Position numbers and translations under genes: made by a program
Assembly: GCA_038245295.1 (NCBI GenBank)
Contig: JBBRSP010000020.1
Location: 1-64,000 of the forward strand
Direction: 5' to 3'
DNA length: 64,000 nucleotides
Source of the DNA: Candidatus Binatia bacterium
GTDB lineage: Bacteria; Desulfobacterota; Binatia; HRBIN30
Part shown: one piece after another, positions 1-8,540 of the stretch
Position numbering within the stretch: the first letter of the stretch is position 1
Layout of the letters: each line of letters opens with the position of its first letter
Notes under the pieces: generated by a model
The model's database searches: none
The model's input: the letters and a program-made list of their open reading frames with translations, nothing else
What the model was told of the DNA's origin: nothing

Positions 1-124
1 CAAAACATAGGCTCACCCTTCGACGGGCTCAGGGCGAGCGGACAAAATGTCTTTGAAAATCAACCAAGCACCCGCTCAGGCTGAGCCTGTCGAAGCCGGC
101 TCCGCAAGGTTTTGAGACAGCCTC
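1..124. mobile_element. Putative MITE (left end truncated by window) with IS5/IS1182-like terminal repeat
   Basis: TTTTGAGACAGCCTC at 110-124 is the reverse complement of GAGGCTGTCTCAAAA. The window starts with CAAAA, the last 5 nt of that repeat. No ORF inside. Confidence 0.55.
18..95. repeat. Inverted repeat pair (REP-like, CTTCGAC..GCTCAG type)
   Basis: cttcgacgggctcagggcgagcgg (18-41) and ccgctcaggctgagcctgtcgaag (72-95) are reverse complements at 20/24 positions. Confidence 0.8.
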
Positions 125-187
125 TAAAGCCTGCGCCTACCCCCGGCAGAGAAATTTGGATTGGTAGGCGCAAGCTTCAGCTTGCGG
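124..187. repeat. GTAG-type REP doublet, left copy truncated
   Basis: ctaaagcctgcgcctacc (124-141) and ggtaggcgcaagcttcagcttgcgg (163-187). Same family as 4102-4126 and 12622-12695. Confidence 0.8.
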
Positions 188-237
188 CGCGTGGGATCTT
201 GAAGCCCGTGCTAGGCCGCACTTTGGCGACGACCGCC

Positions 238-266
238 TTGCGGCATCAGATCGTCTTGTGTACTTA
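238..266 (+). promoter_or_regulatory. Candidate sigma70 promoter for tRNA-Ala
   Basis: TTGCGG-N17-TACTTA with an extended TG motif, 26 nt upstream of the tRNA. Confidence 0.4.
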
Positions 267-292
267 GGGCGAGCCAACGCTTTGTGGCGGGT

Positions 293-365
<73 letters not shown>

Positions 366-420
366 CTTTTTTCTTCCTCTCTATGTCCAACAGTCCGTTG
401 ATTGCGTAGAGAGGTTTTGC

Positions 421-717
421 ATGTCTCGCCAATCGATTCGAATCGCTCTGTTTGTGGTCGCCATCGTCACGGTGTCCGGAGGCAGGGTAGCGAACGCCGC
501 CGCTAAGGTTGCGAAAAAGGCGGAGCCCGTGCCGGAAAAGCGGGTCAAGCGAGAGACCTACCTGGGCGGTCACATCCCCCAAACCAAATCGGCTATCCCG
601 CCGCTGCCGGTGCATGATCCCACTTATAAGGAAACGCTGCACTGGCAGTCGCCGTTTGCCGTCGGGCACGGCGAAGAGAAGGAAGAGGAAGATCTCGACT
701 CGGACGGCGAGGAGTGA
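421..717 (+). CDS. Small exported hypothetical protein with acidic C-terminal tail
   Basis: Signal-peptide-like N-terminus, GAGAGG RBS; stop codon abuts the next gene's start. Confidence 0.7.
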   Translation: MSRQSIRIALFVVAIVTVSGGRVANAAAKVAKKAEPVPEKRVKRETYLGGHIPQTKSAIPPLPVHDPTYKETLHWQSPFAVGHGEEKEEEDLDSDGEE

Positions 718-3700
718 GTGTTTGCGTCTTTGATCGCTCGCTTGCGTTCACGCCGCCTGTGGGTTGGCGTGCTGCTGGTGCTGGTTGTTTTGCGCGCCGC
801 CTTGCCGCCCGGCGTGCGTTATCTGATTACCTCCCAGGCCTCGCAGTTTCTCCACACCCAGGTTGATCTAGCCGATGTGGATTTCCGCCTGTGGCACGGC
901 GACGTCGTGCTGCATGATTTTGCCATCCACACGCCACCTAATAGTGACAACGCCGCGCCGGCGCCTCTTGTATCGTGGAAACGCCTGGCGATTTCCCTGC
1001 ATTGGTGGCCGCTGGTCCACCACACCATCCAATTGCGTGAGATCGTTCTGGAGACGCCACACGTTGCCGTTGATCGCCTGAAGGCGGGAAACTTCTCCTT
1101 CGAATCCCTGTTGGCGCAAAGTCCTCCGGCGGGTGCCGTTGCCGCGCCTTCGCCGACGCCCGAGCCCTCGCCCGGGCCGAAGGCCACGACGCCATCGCCG
1201 TGGAGAATCGGCATCGACCGCATCGCGCTCAGCGGCGGTGGGATCGCGTTCCAGGACTTCGCGGTCGCCGGCAGCGAGCCAGTCGACCTCAAGATCCCCA
1301 ACATCGAGGTGCACGATATCGCCTTTACCCCAGACGTGTACGGCAAGGCTTCGGATTCCCATATTAGTCTCGCCCTCGACCAGGGCTCCCTCGAACTCAG
1401 CAATCAATTGCGCATCGACGGGACCAATATCGACCTCGACAGCACGCTGCGGGCGCACGGCTTGCCGGTACGCCGCGCGCGTCTCTATGTGCCGAGTGTC
1501 GGTTGGAGCGATTTAAAAGGCGAGCTCGATGCCGACGTGCATCTGCGCTTCGTCAGCGGCACGACGAACCAGGTGAGCGGCAACGTGGCGCTGCGAGATT
1601 TGCTGGTGACTGTGCCCAGTATTCCCGACGCCGCTCTTGCCTGGAAGAACTTTGCTGTTCAAGTCGACACGATCGACGTGCTGCAGCGCCAGGCGCGCGT
1701 CAAGAGCGTCGTGCTCGATGGCCTGTGGCTCGAGCTGCGTGCCGATCGCCCCGCTGAGCTGCCTTTCCTCGACCAACCACCTGCGCCGCCTGGCGCGCTG
1801 GCACCAACACCGGCGCCGGCCGCCGGGGAGCCGATCCCGGAAGCGAATGGCGCGGCCGCGGGGAGTGGGGAGCCGGCCAAGGAATCGCCGTGGCAATGGT
1901 CGGTGGACGAGGTGCGCGTGCATGACACGACACTGCGCTTGAGCAGCGACTCGAGCCCGATCGACGTTGGTGTCACCGCCGCGATCGATCACGTTTCGCT
2001 CGCGCCGGAGCCGCCGATGCACGTCGACGTTACCTTGGCTCTCGCCGAGGCGTCGGTTGCCGTCGCTGGTTCAACGCGACTGAAACCGCCCGGCTTCGAC
2101 GGCACGCTAAAGATCTACGACCTGCCCGTCGTCGAGTTGCTGACGGCGATCGGTCAGAAGAATACGCCGCTACAGAACCTGCGCTTTGCCAGCGACCTCA
2201 AGATCGCCGCCGGCATGGGCGACGGGGTTGCCGCATCCGACCTGCAGGTCTCGGGAACACTCGCGGCGCAGGACATGCGTCTGCAAGCCGGTGTGGCGAG
2301 CATCTCTATCGACCGTCTCGATCATACGATTCAGAACCTTACTCTGGCCGGCGTACTGTCGCCGAGTGCGGCCGGGAATGATGGCGTGTTGAAGCACCTT
2401 GGCTCGCTTCGTCTTGGTCGGTCACAGGTAAGCTTGGCGAACCTGGGTCCATTGGACATCGACGTGCGCGAGAACAGCCTGGAGGGCCTCGACGTTTCGT
2501 TTGATGCGTTGCCACTGCGCGCCGGAACGACGTCCGCCGGCAATCTGCAGGTCAAGGCCAAGCTGTCGGTGACGGAGCCCAAGGCGACGATCGGTGATGG
2601 GCGCGACTTCAACGCCGGGTTGGCGAAGCTGACTCTCGACGTGGACGATATGACCCTGCCGGGACTCCTACAGCCGGCTGCCGATCGGGCTGCGCCACGC
2701 ATTGTCCTGTCGAATATCGTGGTGGATCGCCCGCAGGCGCGATTGACGCGCACCAAAGAAGGGATTGTGTTGCCATCGGCAAAGAGCGATGCGGCTGAAC
2801 CACCTTCCGCCGTTGTCCAACCTCCGCCGGCCGACGCCGCGACAGGTGGTGCTGCCGCCAAGGCCGCGGCCCCCGATGTACAAATCCGCGGCCTCAAGAT
2901 CTCCCATGCCAAGCTTACCCTGGCGGATCGCGCCTTGGCGTCGCCGGTTGTCACGGAAATGCCCGATCTCAACCTCACGTTGCGCGGTCTGCGGACGGCG
3001 CCGCTGACGATCGAAGACCTGAAGCTCTCCGTGGCCACGATGGGGAGCGGCAAGATCAACGCGTCTGGCAGCCTGTCGCCCAAACGCGCCGCTCTCGATC
3101 TAACGTTCAACTCCGTGGCGCTCACGCCTTACAACCCCTACGCGTCGGCATACTCGCCGTATCGCTTGTCATCCGGGGCGCTGTCTCTGGCGACCAAGGT
3201 CGGTGGGCGTGGCGCGGCGTACGACATGACCAACCACATCACGCTGGCCAATCTGGCGATTGAAGGGGCGGGCGGCGAATCGGCGTTTCAGCAGCACTTC
3301 GGCATTCCGCTGAGTATGGCGCTGGCTCTGTTGCGCGATGCCAGCGGCAAGATCGAACTGGATGTCCCGGTGAGCATCGGGGAGGCCGGTACAACCGTGG
3401 ATATTGGCGCGGTCGTCGCCAGCGCTCTCAAGGCCGCGATGGTCGGTGCCCTCTCGTCACCACTCAAGTTGCTTGGCGGCTTTGGCGGCAACGGCGACCA
3501 GGCGGCACTATGCGATATGCGTCCGCCGCCGTTGGCGTTTCGCACCGGGCGTGCCGACTTGAGTCCCGAGGCCGCCGCCGCGGCGACGCGTCTCGGCGAG
3601 ATGCTCAAGGCGCGCCCGGCGCTTGGGCTCAATATCAAGGTGGGGGTAACGCAATTGGATGCGCGATGGCTTCACGAACAAGGGCTCGTGCGTCTGTGGG

Positions 3701-4068
3701 GCGAGCAGGGTTGGCTGGCGCGTCTCGGCGGCGTGTTTCAGCGCGGCACGCGTGAACGCGTGCGTGCGGCGCTCGAAGAACGCGCCGCCGCCGGCAAGGG
3801 TGAGATGAGCGCGGAAGACGAGGCTGCCCTGCAGGAATGGCTAGCTGATGTACCGGCGCCGACAGCGGCGCAGCTCGCCGATCTGGGTGAGCAACGTTCG
3901 GCGCAGGTGACACAAGCCCTGTCACCGCCGGCACTGCCGGAACAAATCCATTTAACTCAACTACCGACGTCTGCAGAGACGGCCCCGGGGCTGGCGGCGG
4001 TGACCTTACGCTCGGTGGGCGACTCGGCGGCGCTGCCGGATTCGCCGGCGGCCGACCCTTTGCCCTAG
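718..4068 (+). CDS. DUF748 / AsmA-like periplasm-spanning protein
   Basis: 1116 aa, N-terminal TM anchor, repeated beta-rich segments, PLSMALALLRDASGKIELDVPV motif, OmpA-like C-terminal segment. Confidence 0.85.
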   Translation: MFASLIARLRSRRLWVGVLLVLVVLRAALPPGVRYLITSQASQFLHTQVDLADVDFRLWHGDVVLHDFAIHTPPNSDNAAPAPLVSWKRLAISLHWWPLVHHTIQLREIVLETPHVAVDRLKAGNFSFESLLAQSPPAGAVAAPSPTPEPSPGPKATTPSPWRIGIDRIALSGGGIAFQDFAVAGSEPVDLKIPNIEVHDIAFTPDVYGKASDSHISLALDQGSLELSNQLRIDGTNIDLDSTLRAHGLPVRRARLYVPSVGWSDLKGELDADVHLRFVSGTTNQVSGNVALRDLLVTVPSIPDAALAWKNFAVQVDTIDVLQRQARVKSVVLDGLWLELRADRPAELPFLDQPPAPPGALAPTPAPAAGEPIPEANGAAAGSGEPAKESPWQWSVDEVRVHDTTLRLSSDSSPIDVGVTAAIDHVSLAPEPPMHVDVTLALAEASVAVAGSTRLKPPGFDGTLKIYDLPVVELLTAIGQKNTPLQNLRFASDLKIAAGMGDGVAASDLQVSGTLAAQDMRLQAGVASISIDRLDHTIQNLTLAGVLSPSAAGNDGVLKHLGSLRLGRSQVSLANLGPLDIDVRENSLEGLDVSFDALPLRAGTTSAGNLQVKAKLSVTEPKATIGDGRDFNAGLAKLTLDVDDMTLPGLLQPAADRAAPRIVLSNIVVDRPQARLTRTKEGIVLPSAKSDAAEPPSAVVQPPPADAATGGAAAKAAAPDVQIRGLKISHAKLTLADRALASPVVTEMPDLNLTLRGLRTAPLTIEDLKLSVATMGSGKINASGSLSPKRAALDLTFNSVALTPYNPYASAYSPYRLSSGALSLATKVGGRGAAYDMTNHITLANLAIEGAGGESAFQQHFGIPLSMALALLRDASGKIELDVPVSIGEAGTTVDIGAVVASALKAAMVGALSSPLKLLGGFGGNGDQAALCDMRPPPLAFRTGRADLSPEAAAAATRLGEMLKARPALGLNIKVGVTQLDARWLHEQGLVRLWGEQGWLARLGGVFQRGTRERVRAALEERAAAGKGEMSAEDEAALQEWLADVPAPTAAQLADLGEQRSAQVTQALSPPALPEQIHLTQLPTSAETAPGLAAVTLRSVGDSAALPDSPAADPLP

Positions 4069-4082
4069 TCGGCTTTGCACGG

Positions 4083-4170
4083 CAATTCGCCTTGGAGGAC
4101 TCCGCAGGCTGAAGCCTGCGCCTACCGGTTTCCAATTCGCCTTGGAGGACTCCGCAGGCTGAAGCCTGCG
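4083..4170. repeat. Tandem direct repeat (38 bp x2, 50-bp period) containing a REP palindrome
   Basis: caattcgccttggaggactccgcaggctgaagcctgcg at 4083-4120 and 4133-4170, between convergent genes. Confidence 0.9.
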
Positions 4171-4216
4171 GTGAGCTTAGCGCTGGCTGCTCGTCGAATT
4201 TACGTGCAAAGCCGCC

Positions 4217-4924
4217 CTAGTCTTCTGGCCCGTCGAGCAGGCCGGGTAACTCGGCCAGGCTCTTGATGCGTGTACAGTCGACCGGTCCGTAGCGATCGAG
4301 CGGATCGAGCAGTACCGCCTCCATGCCGGCGTTACGCGCGCCGCGCACATCGATCTCGTAGATGTCGCCGACGTAGATGCTATCGGCGGCATCAGCATCG
4401 CACGCCGTCAGCGCAAGCTCGAAGATCCGTGCGTCCGGCTTCTCGACGCCGACGATGGAGGAGTCGATGATCGATTCGAAGAAGCGGGCGATGCCGGAAT
4501 CGCGCAGGGCACGTTCGACGCGGCCGTCGGCGTTGGAGACGACAGCCAACTTGAAACCGCGCCGCTGCAGCTTGGCGAGTGCCGGCGGCGTTGTCGGATG
4601 CAAGACGCGCCACAGTAACCGCTGCTGGTTTTCGGCGGCAAGGGCTGCGGCGATGGTCGCGCGCTGGTCGGAAGCGACTTCGAGCGCCTCGAGCATGGTG
4701 CCGAAATATGAGAACTGCCGAAACGCCTCGTCGCCGCCTTGACGGTCGCGCAACAACGCGTCGATCGCCGCCTTGGCGGTGTATTCGGCGATGTTGACCT
4801 CGGCGGCGGTGATCGGCCGGTCGTGCTTGGTGATGGTGGCGGCGATAAATTCGTAGTCGATGTGGTGCAGGGTGTTGCCGACGTCAAAAATGACGGTCGA
4901 GGCTTGCAAGCGAGTTGGCTTCAT
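4217..4924 (-). CDS. HAD-family hydrolase (subfamily IA)
   Basis: FDVGNTL, VVSN, KPD and VGD...D motifs. Confidence 0.92.
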   Translation of the reverse strand: MKPTRLQASTVIFDVGNTLHHIDYEFIAATITKHDRPITAAEVNIAEYTAKAAIDALLRDRQGGDEAFRQFSYFGTMLEALEVASDQRATIAAALAAENQQRLLWRVLHPTTPPALAKLQRRGFKLAVVSNADGRVERALRDSGIARFFESIIDSSIVGVEKPDARIFELALTACDADAADSIYVGDIYEIDVRGARNAGMEAVLLDPLDRYGPVDCTRIKSLAELPGLLDGPED

Positions 4925-5454
4925 TGACCCTCGGCGCTCCGCGACTGTAGCCGGTTGATGGCTTCTTCGAGTCCGGCGACGTGCGGGTCGGCGACGGACA
5001 CGAGCTCACACTCCAGGAGTGCGGCTGCGTATTGCCCGAGCGTTTCAAGCCCGAGGCAGAGATTGAATCGTGCAATGAGCATTTCAGGCTTCAAGATTAC
5101 GGCGCGACGGAAATAACCGACGGCTTCGGCGGCTTCTCCCTTCGACAGGAGAGCACTGCCCATGTTGTTGTGGGCGGCGGCAAGTTTGTCGTTGAGCAGC
5201 AGGGCGCGCTGGAACTCGAGAATCGCCGCGTCGGTTTGCTCCATGTTGAACAAGGTCGAGCCGAGATTGTTGTGCGCCTCGGCCGAGCTTGGCTTGATTC
5301 GCAGCGCCTCGCGATATTCGGCGACCGCCTTCGGATATTCACCGGCGTCGCGCAGCTCGCGCGCCGTCGCCATACTCTCTTCGAAGGGATCTTGCTTGGC
5401 GGTACTGCACGCGGAGAGGATGAGGACGAGGAATAAAGCAACCGATCTCCGCAT
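4921..5454 (-). CDS. TPR lipoprotein
   Basis: Lipobox LSAC after MRRSVALF; TPR repeats (AHNNLG, AHNNMG). Start placed at ATG 5454. Confidence 0.85.
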   Translation of the reverse strand: MRRSVALFLVLILSACSTAKQDPFEESMATARELRDAGEYPKAVAEYREALRIKPSSAEAHNNLGSTLFNMEQTDAAILEFQRALLLNDKLAAAHNNMGSALLSKGEAAEAVGYFRRAVILKPEMLIARFNLCLGLETLGQYAAALLECELVSVADPHVAGLEEAINRLQSRSAEGQ

Positions 5455-5568
5455 GAGGAATGAGTACTTACCACACTCCAGCCAAGTCACCAGCCCTGAC
5501 GGCTGTACAGGATCACGACGCCCCTATGGGTTGACCGCGGGCTGAGGCTTGGGATAGCTGCGCCAACT

Positions 5569-6771
5569 ATGGCAGGACCTCTCGAAGGCGTGCGAGTCGT
5601 TGAACTGGGCTTCTGGGTTGCCGGCCCCGGGGCGGCGGGGGTTTTGGCCGACTGGGGTGCCAGTGTCATCAAGCTCGAACCGCCCGAGGGTGATCCGATG
5701 CGCGGCATGTTTCTCAACGCCGCTGGTCTCGATGTAGCGGCCAACCCGCCGTTCGAGCTCGACAATCGCGGCAAGCGCAGCATAGGGCTGAACCTGCAAC
5801 ACGCGGAAGGGCGTGCCATCGCTTACCGCATGCTGCGTGAGGCCGACGTCTTCGTCAGCAACGTGCGCCAGTCGGCGCTGCAGAAGCTTGGTCTCGGATA
5901 TGAAGAGCTGCGCGCCCTCAATCCGCGCCTCGTCTATTGCCATCTCAGCGGTTACGGCAGTGAAGGATCCGAGGCCGATCGACCGGCGTACGATGTCGGC
6001 GCCTACTGGTCGCGCGCCGGGATCGCCTGGTCGCTGGTTCCTGAAGGCGCCGAACCGCCGCAACAACGTGGCGGGATGGGAGATCACACGACGGCGCTGG
6101 CGGCGGTTGGGGCGATCTGCGCGGCGTTACTGGCGCGCCAGCGCACCGGGGAAGGGCAGTTGGTGACCACGTCGCTGTTGCGCACCGGGATGTACGTTCT
6201 CGGTTGGGACCTGAACATCCGCCTGCGCTTTGGTCACGTGGCGCCGCCCTATACACGATCCAATGTTCCCAATCCGATGGTGAGCTCGTATTGCGCCGGC
6301 GACGGCAAGTGGTTCTGGCTGCTCGGTCTCCAAGGTGATCGCTTGTGGCCCGACCTGCTGCGCGCCATCGGCCACGCCGAGTGGGCCGCGGATGAGCGCT
6401 TCGCCGACATGCGTGCCCGGCGGGTCAACGCGCCTGAGCTCGTACGCCTGCTCGATGCGGCGTTCGCCGAGCGATCACGCGCCGAGTGGGGTGAGGTCTT
6501 CGACCGCGAGAATGTCTGGTGGGCACCGGTGCAGTCGCCCGACGAGGTCGCCAACGATCCGCAAGCGCGTGCCGCCGGTGCCATCTGCGAGTTCCCGACC
6601 ACCGACGGCAGTGGCGAGATGGTTGCCAGTCCGGCCGACTTCTCGGCGACGCCATGGCAGCCCAGCCTCGCGGCGCCGGAGTTTTCTCAGCACACGGAAG
6701 AGATCCTGCTCGAGCTTGGCTACGACTGGGAGGCCATTGGGGCACTCAAGGCGCGGGGAGCGATTCCTTGA
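5569..6771 (+). CDS. Family III CoA-transferase (CaiB/BaiF)
   Basis: GPLEGVRVVEL, LADWGASVIKLEPPEGD, NRGKRSI, catalytic Asp in GMGD. Confidence 0.95.
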   Translation: MAGPLEGVRVVELGFWVAGPGAAGVLADWGASVIKLEPPEGDPMRGMFLNAAGLDVAANPPFELDNRGKRSIGLNLQHAEGRAIAYRMLREADVFVSNVRQSALQKLGLGYEELRALNPRLVYCHLSGYGSEGSEADRPAYDVGAYWSRAGIAWSLVPEGAEPPQQRGGMGDHTTALAAVGAICAALLARQRTGEGQLVTTSLLRTGMYVLGWDLNIRLRFGHVAPPYTRSNVPNPMVSSYCAGDGKWFWLLGLQGDRLWPDLLRAIGHAEWAADERFADMRARRVNAPELVRLLDAAFAERSRAEWGEVFDRENVWWAPVQSPDEVANDPQARAAGAICEFPTTDGSGEMVASPADFSATPWQPSLAAPEFSQHTEEILLELGYDWEAIGALKARGAIP

Positions 6772-7169
6772 GCCAGGTTGCCGTCAAAGAGGGCCTCTTT
6801 ACGATGCCGGGGAATGCCCTGGCGCGTCTGCTCGGTGGTCACTGTGCGGCCTGCGCGCGTTTCCACTTCCCGGCGCAGGGGCACTGCCCGTACTGTTGTG
6901 CGAGCGGCTGCGATATCCGCGAGCTCAGTCGCGATGGCATCATCGAGGTGTGCACAACGGTCACCAACCGCCCGCCCGGCTACGAGGGTCCGATGCCATT
7001 CGGCTTCGGCGTCGTCGAGTTACCAGAAGGCATTCGTCTCATCAGTCGCATCTGTCCCCCGGGGCTGGTGACGCCGGGAACGCCGGTAAGCCTCATGCTC
7101 GATGTGATCGCGCAAGACCGTGAAGGCCGTGACATCGTCACCTACGCCTTCACAGCACGGAAAGTCTGA
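6768..7169 (+). CDS. DUF35-type Zn-ribbon/OB-fold protein (thiolase partner)
   Basis: CxxC...CxxC followed by OB-fold (PFGFGVVELPEGIR). TTG start overlaps the upstream stop. Confidence 0.88.
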   Translation: MSQVAVKEGLFTMPGNALARLLGGHCAACARFHFPAQGHCPYCCASGCDIRELSRDGIIEVCTTVTNRPPGYEGPMPFGFGVVELPEGIRLISRICPPGLVTPGTPVSLMLDVIAQDREGRDIVTYAFTARKV

Positions 7170-8305
7170 TGCGACCGGTCTATATCAGTGGCGTCGGCAT
7201 CCATTCCTTTGGGCGCTTCGACGGCAAGTCGGTAACCGACCTCGGCGTCAGCGCCGTGCACATGGCTTTGCTCGAGGCGAATCTCGAACGCGGCGGCTTT
7301 CAGGCAGCCTTCTGCGGCACGGTCTACAGCGGCGTCGCGGCCGGGCACAAAGTGCTGACGGCGGTCGGGCTCACCGGCATGCCCATCACCAATATCGAAG
7401 CCGGCTGCGCCAGCGGCGGCGCGGCGCTGGGCCTCGGTGTGGACGCGATTGCCTCCGGGCGTTACGACACGGTTCTCGTCTTCGGCATGGAAAAGATGCC
7501 GCGCGGCATCATCCGTTCCAGCTTCTTCGAGCCGTGGCGCGAACAGGCGGGTCTTGCTGTCACCCCCGCTTATTTCGCTCTGCGGGCGCAGCGTCTGATG
7601 CGTGACTCCGGCGTCACAGCCGAAGATCTGGCGCGCGTGTCGGTGAAGAATCATCGCAACGGCGTGCACAATCCGCACGCCATGTTCCGCAAGGAATTCA
7701 CTCCCGAGTCGGTTCTCAATTCACCGATGGTGTGTGATCCGCTGCGTCTCTTCATGTTGTGTTCGCCGAACGAAGGTGCGGCGGCTGTCGTGCTGAGCGC
7801 CAAGCCGCCCGTGGGCAATCGTGTGCGCGTATTGGCGGCGACGCTGCGTTCGCACTTGCCCGGTAACGTTCTGGGCGAGCACACGCCGCTAAGCGGCCTC
7901 ATGGACGATGAGATCCCGGCACCGACGGAGCTGGCGGCGCAGGAGGCGTACGAGATCAGCGGCATTGCGCCGGAGGATCTCGATGTCGTCGAGTTGCAGG
8001 ACACCGATTCGGCGCGCGAGCTGCTGTCGTGTGAAGAGCTCGGCCTGTGTCCGAAAGGCGGCGCCGGTAAACTGATCGCGCAAAAGGAAACCGAGATGAC
8101 CGGCCGGCTACCGGTGAACCCGAGTGGCGGCCTGCTTTCGAAAGGCGAACCCCTGGGCGCCTCCGGCCTCGGACAGATCGTCGAGCTCTACTGGCAGCTG
8201 CGCGGCGAAGCCGGTCCACGCCAGGTTGCCGGAGCGCGTACCGCCCTGGGTCACACGGTTGGGCGCGGCGCGAATGCCTCGGTTGTGATCCTGCAGCGCG
8301 ACTAA
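7169..8305 (+). CDS. Thiolase-superfamily protein (SCP2/lipid-transfer type, atypical motifs)
   Basis: EAGCASGG, KNHRNG..NP, VNPSGGLLSKGEPLGASG; coupled to the DUF35 gene. Confidence 0.92.
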   Translation: MRPVYISGVGIHSFGRFDGKSVTDLGVSAVHMALLEANLERGGFQAAFCGTVYSGVAAGHKVLTAVGLTGMPITNIEAGCASGGAALGLGVDAIASGRYDTVLVFGMEKMPRGIIRSSFFEPWREQAGLAVTPAYFALRAQRLMRDSGVTAEDLARVSVKNHRNGVHNPHAMFRKEFTPESVLNSPMVCDPLRLFMLCSPNEGAAAVVLSAKPPVGNRVRVLAATLRSHLPGNVLGEHTPLSGLMDDEIPAPTELAAQEAYEISGIAPEDLDVVELQDTDSARELLSCEELGLCPKGGAGKLIAQKETEMTGRLPVNPSGGLLSKGEPLGASGLGQIVELYWQLRGEAGPRQVAGARTALGHTVGRGANASVVILQRD

Positions 8306-8459
8306 CAGGATGGACGGATTAGACAGGATCCATGCAGTCCCGAGGCACAGGAGTTCTGTCCGGCCGGTGATCTGCGTCAAACCAAACCCGGTGAGTCGGT
8401 GAATATTCTTCGGCGCCTTTCAGACCCCAAAGCATCCTGTCGATCCTGTTCATCCTGTT
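8304..8459. repeat. Inverted-repeat element built from ACAGGAT units (MITE-like)
   Basis: aacaggatggacggattagacaggat (8304-8329) versus atcctgtcgatcctgttcatcctgtt (8434-8459). Confidence 0.75.
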
Positions 8460-8540
8460 TGATCATCAATGGAATCACAGCGCGGCTTGCGCCCTTACCG
8501 CGACGATGGAATAGCGAGAGCTGCAAAAGCAGGAGGCTCC

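Noticed and set aside
4083..4170. Possible CRISPR mini-array
   Set aside because: Only two copies with a 12-bp spacer; the unit contains the REP found elsewhere, and no cas genes are present.
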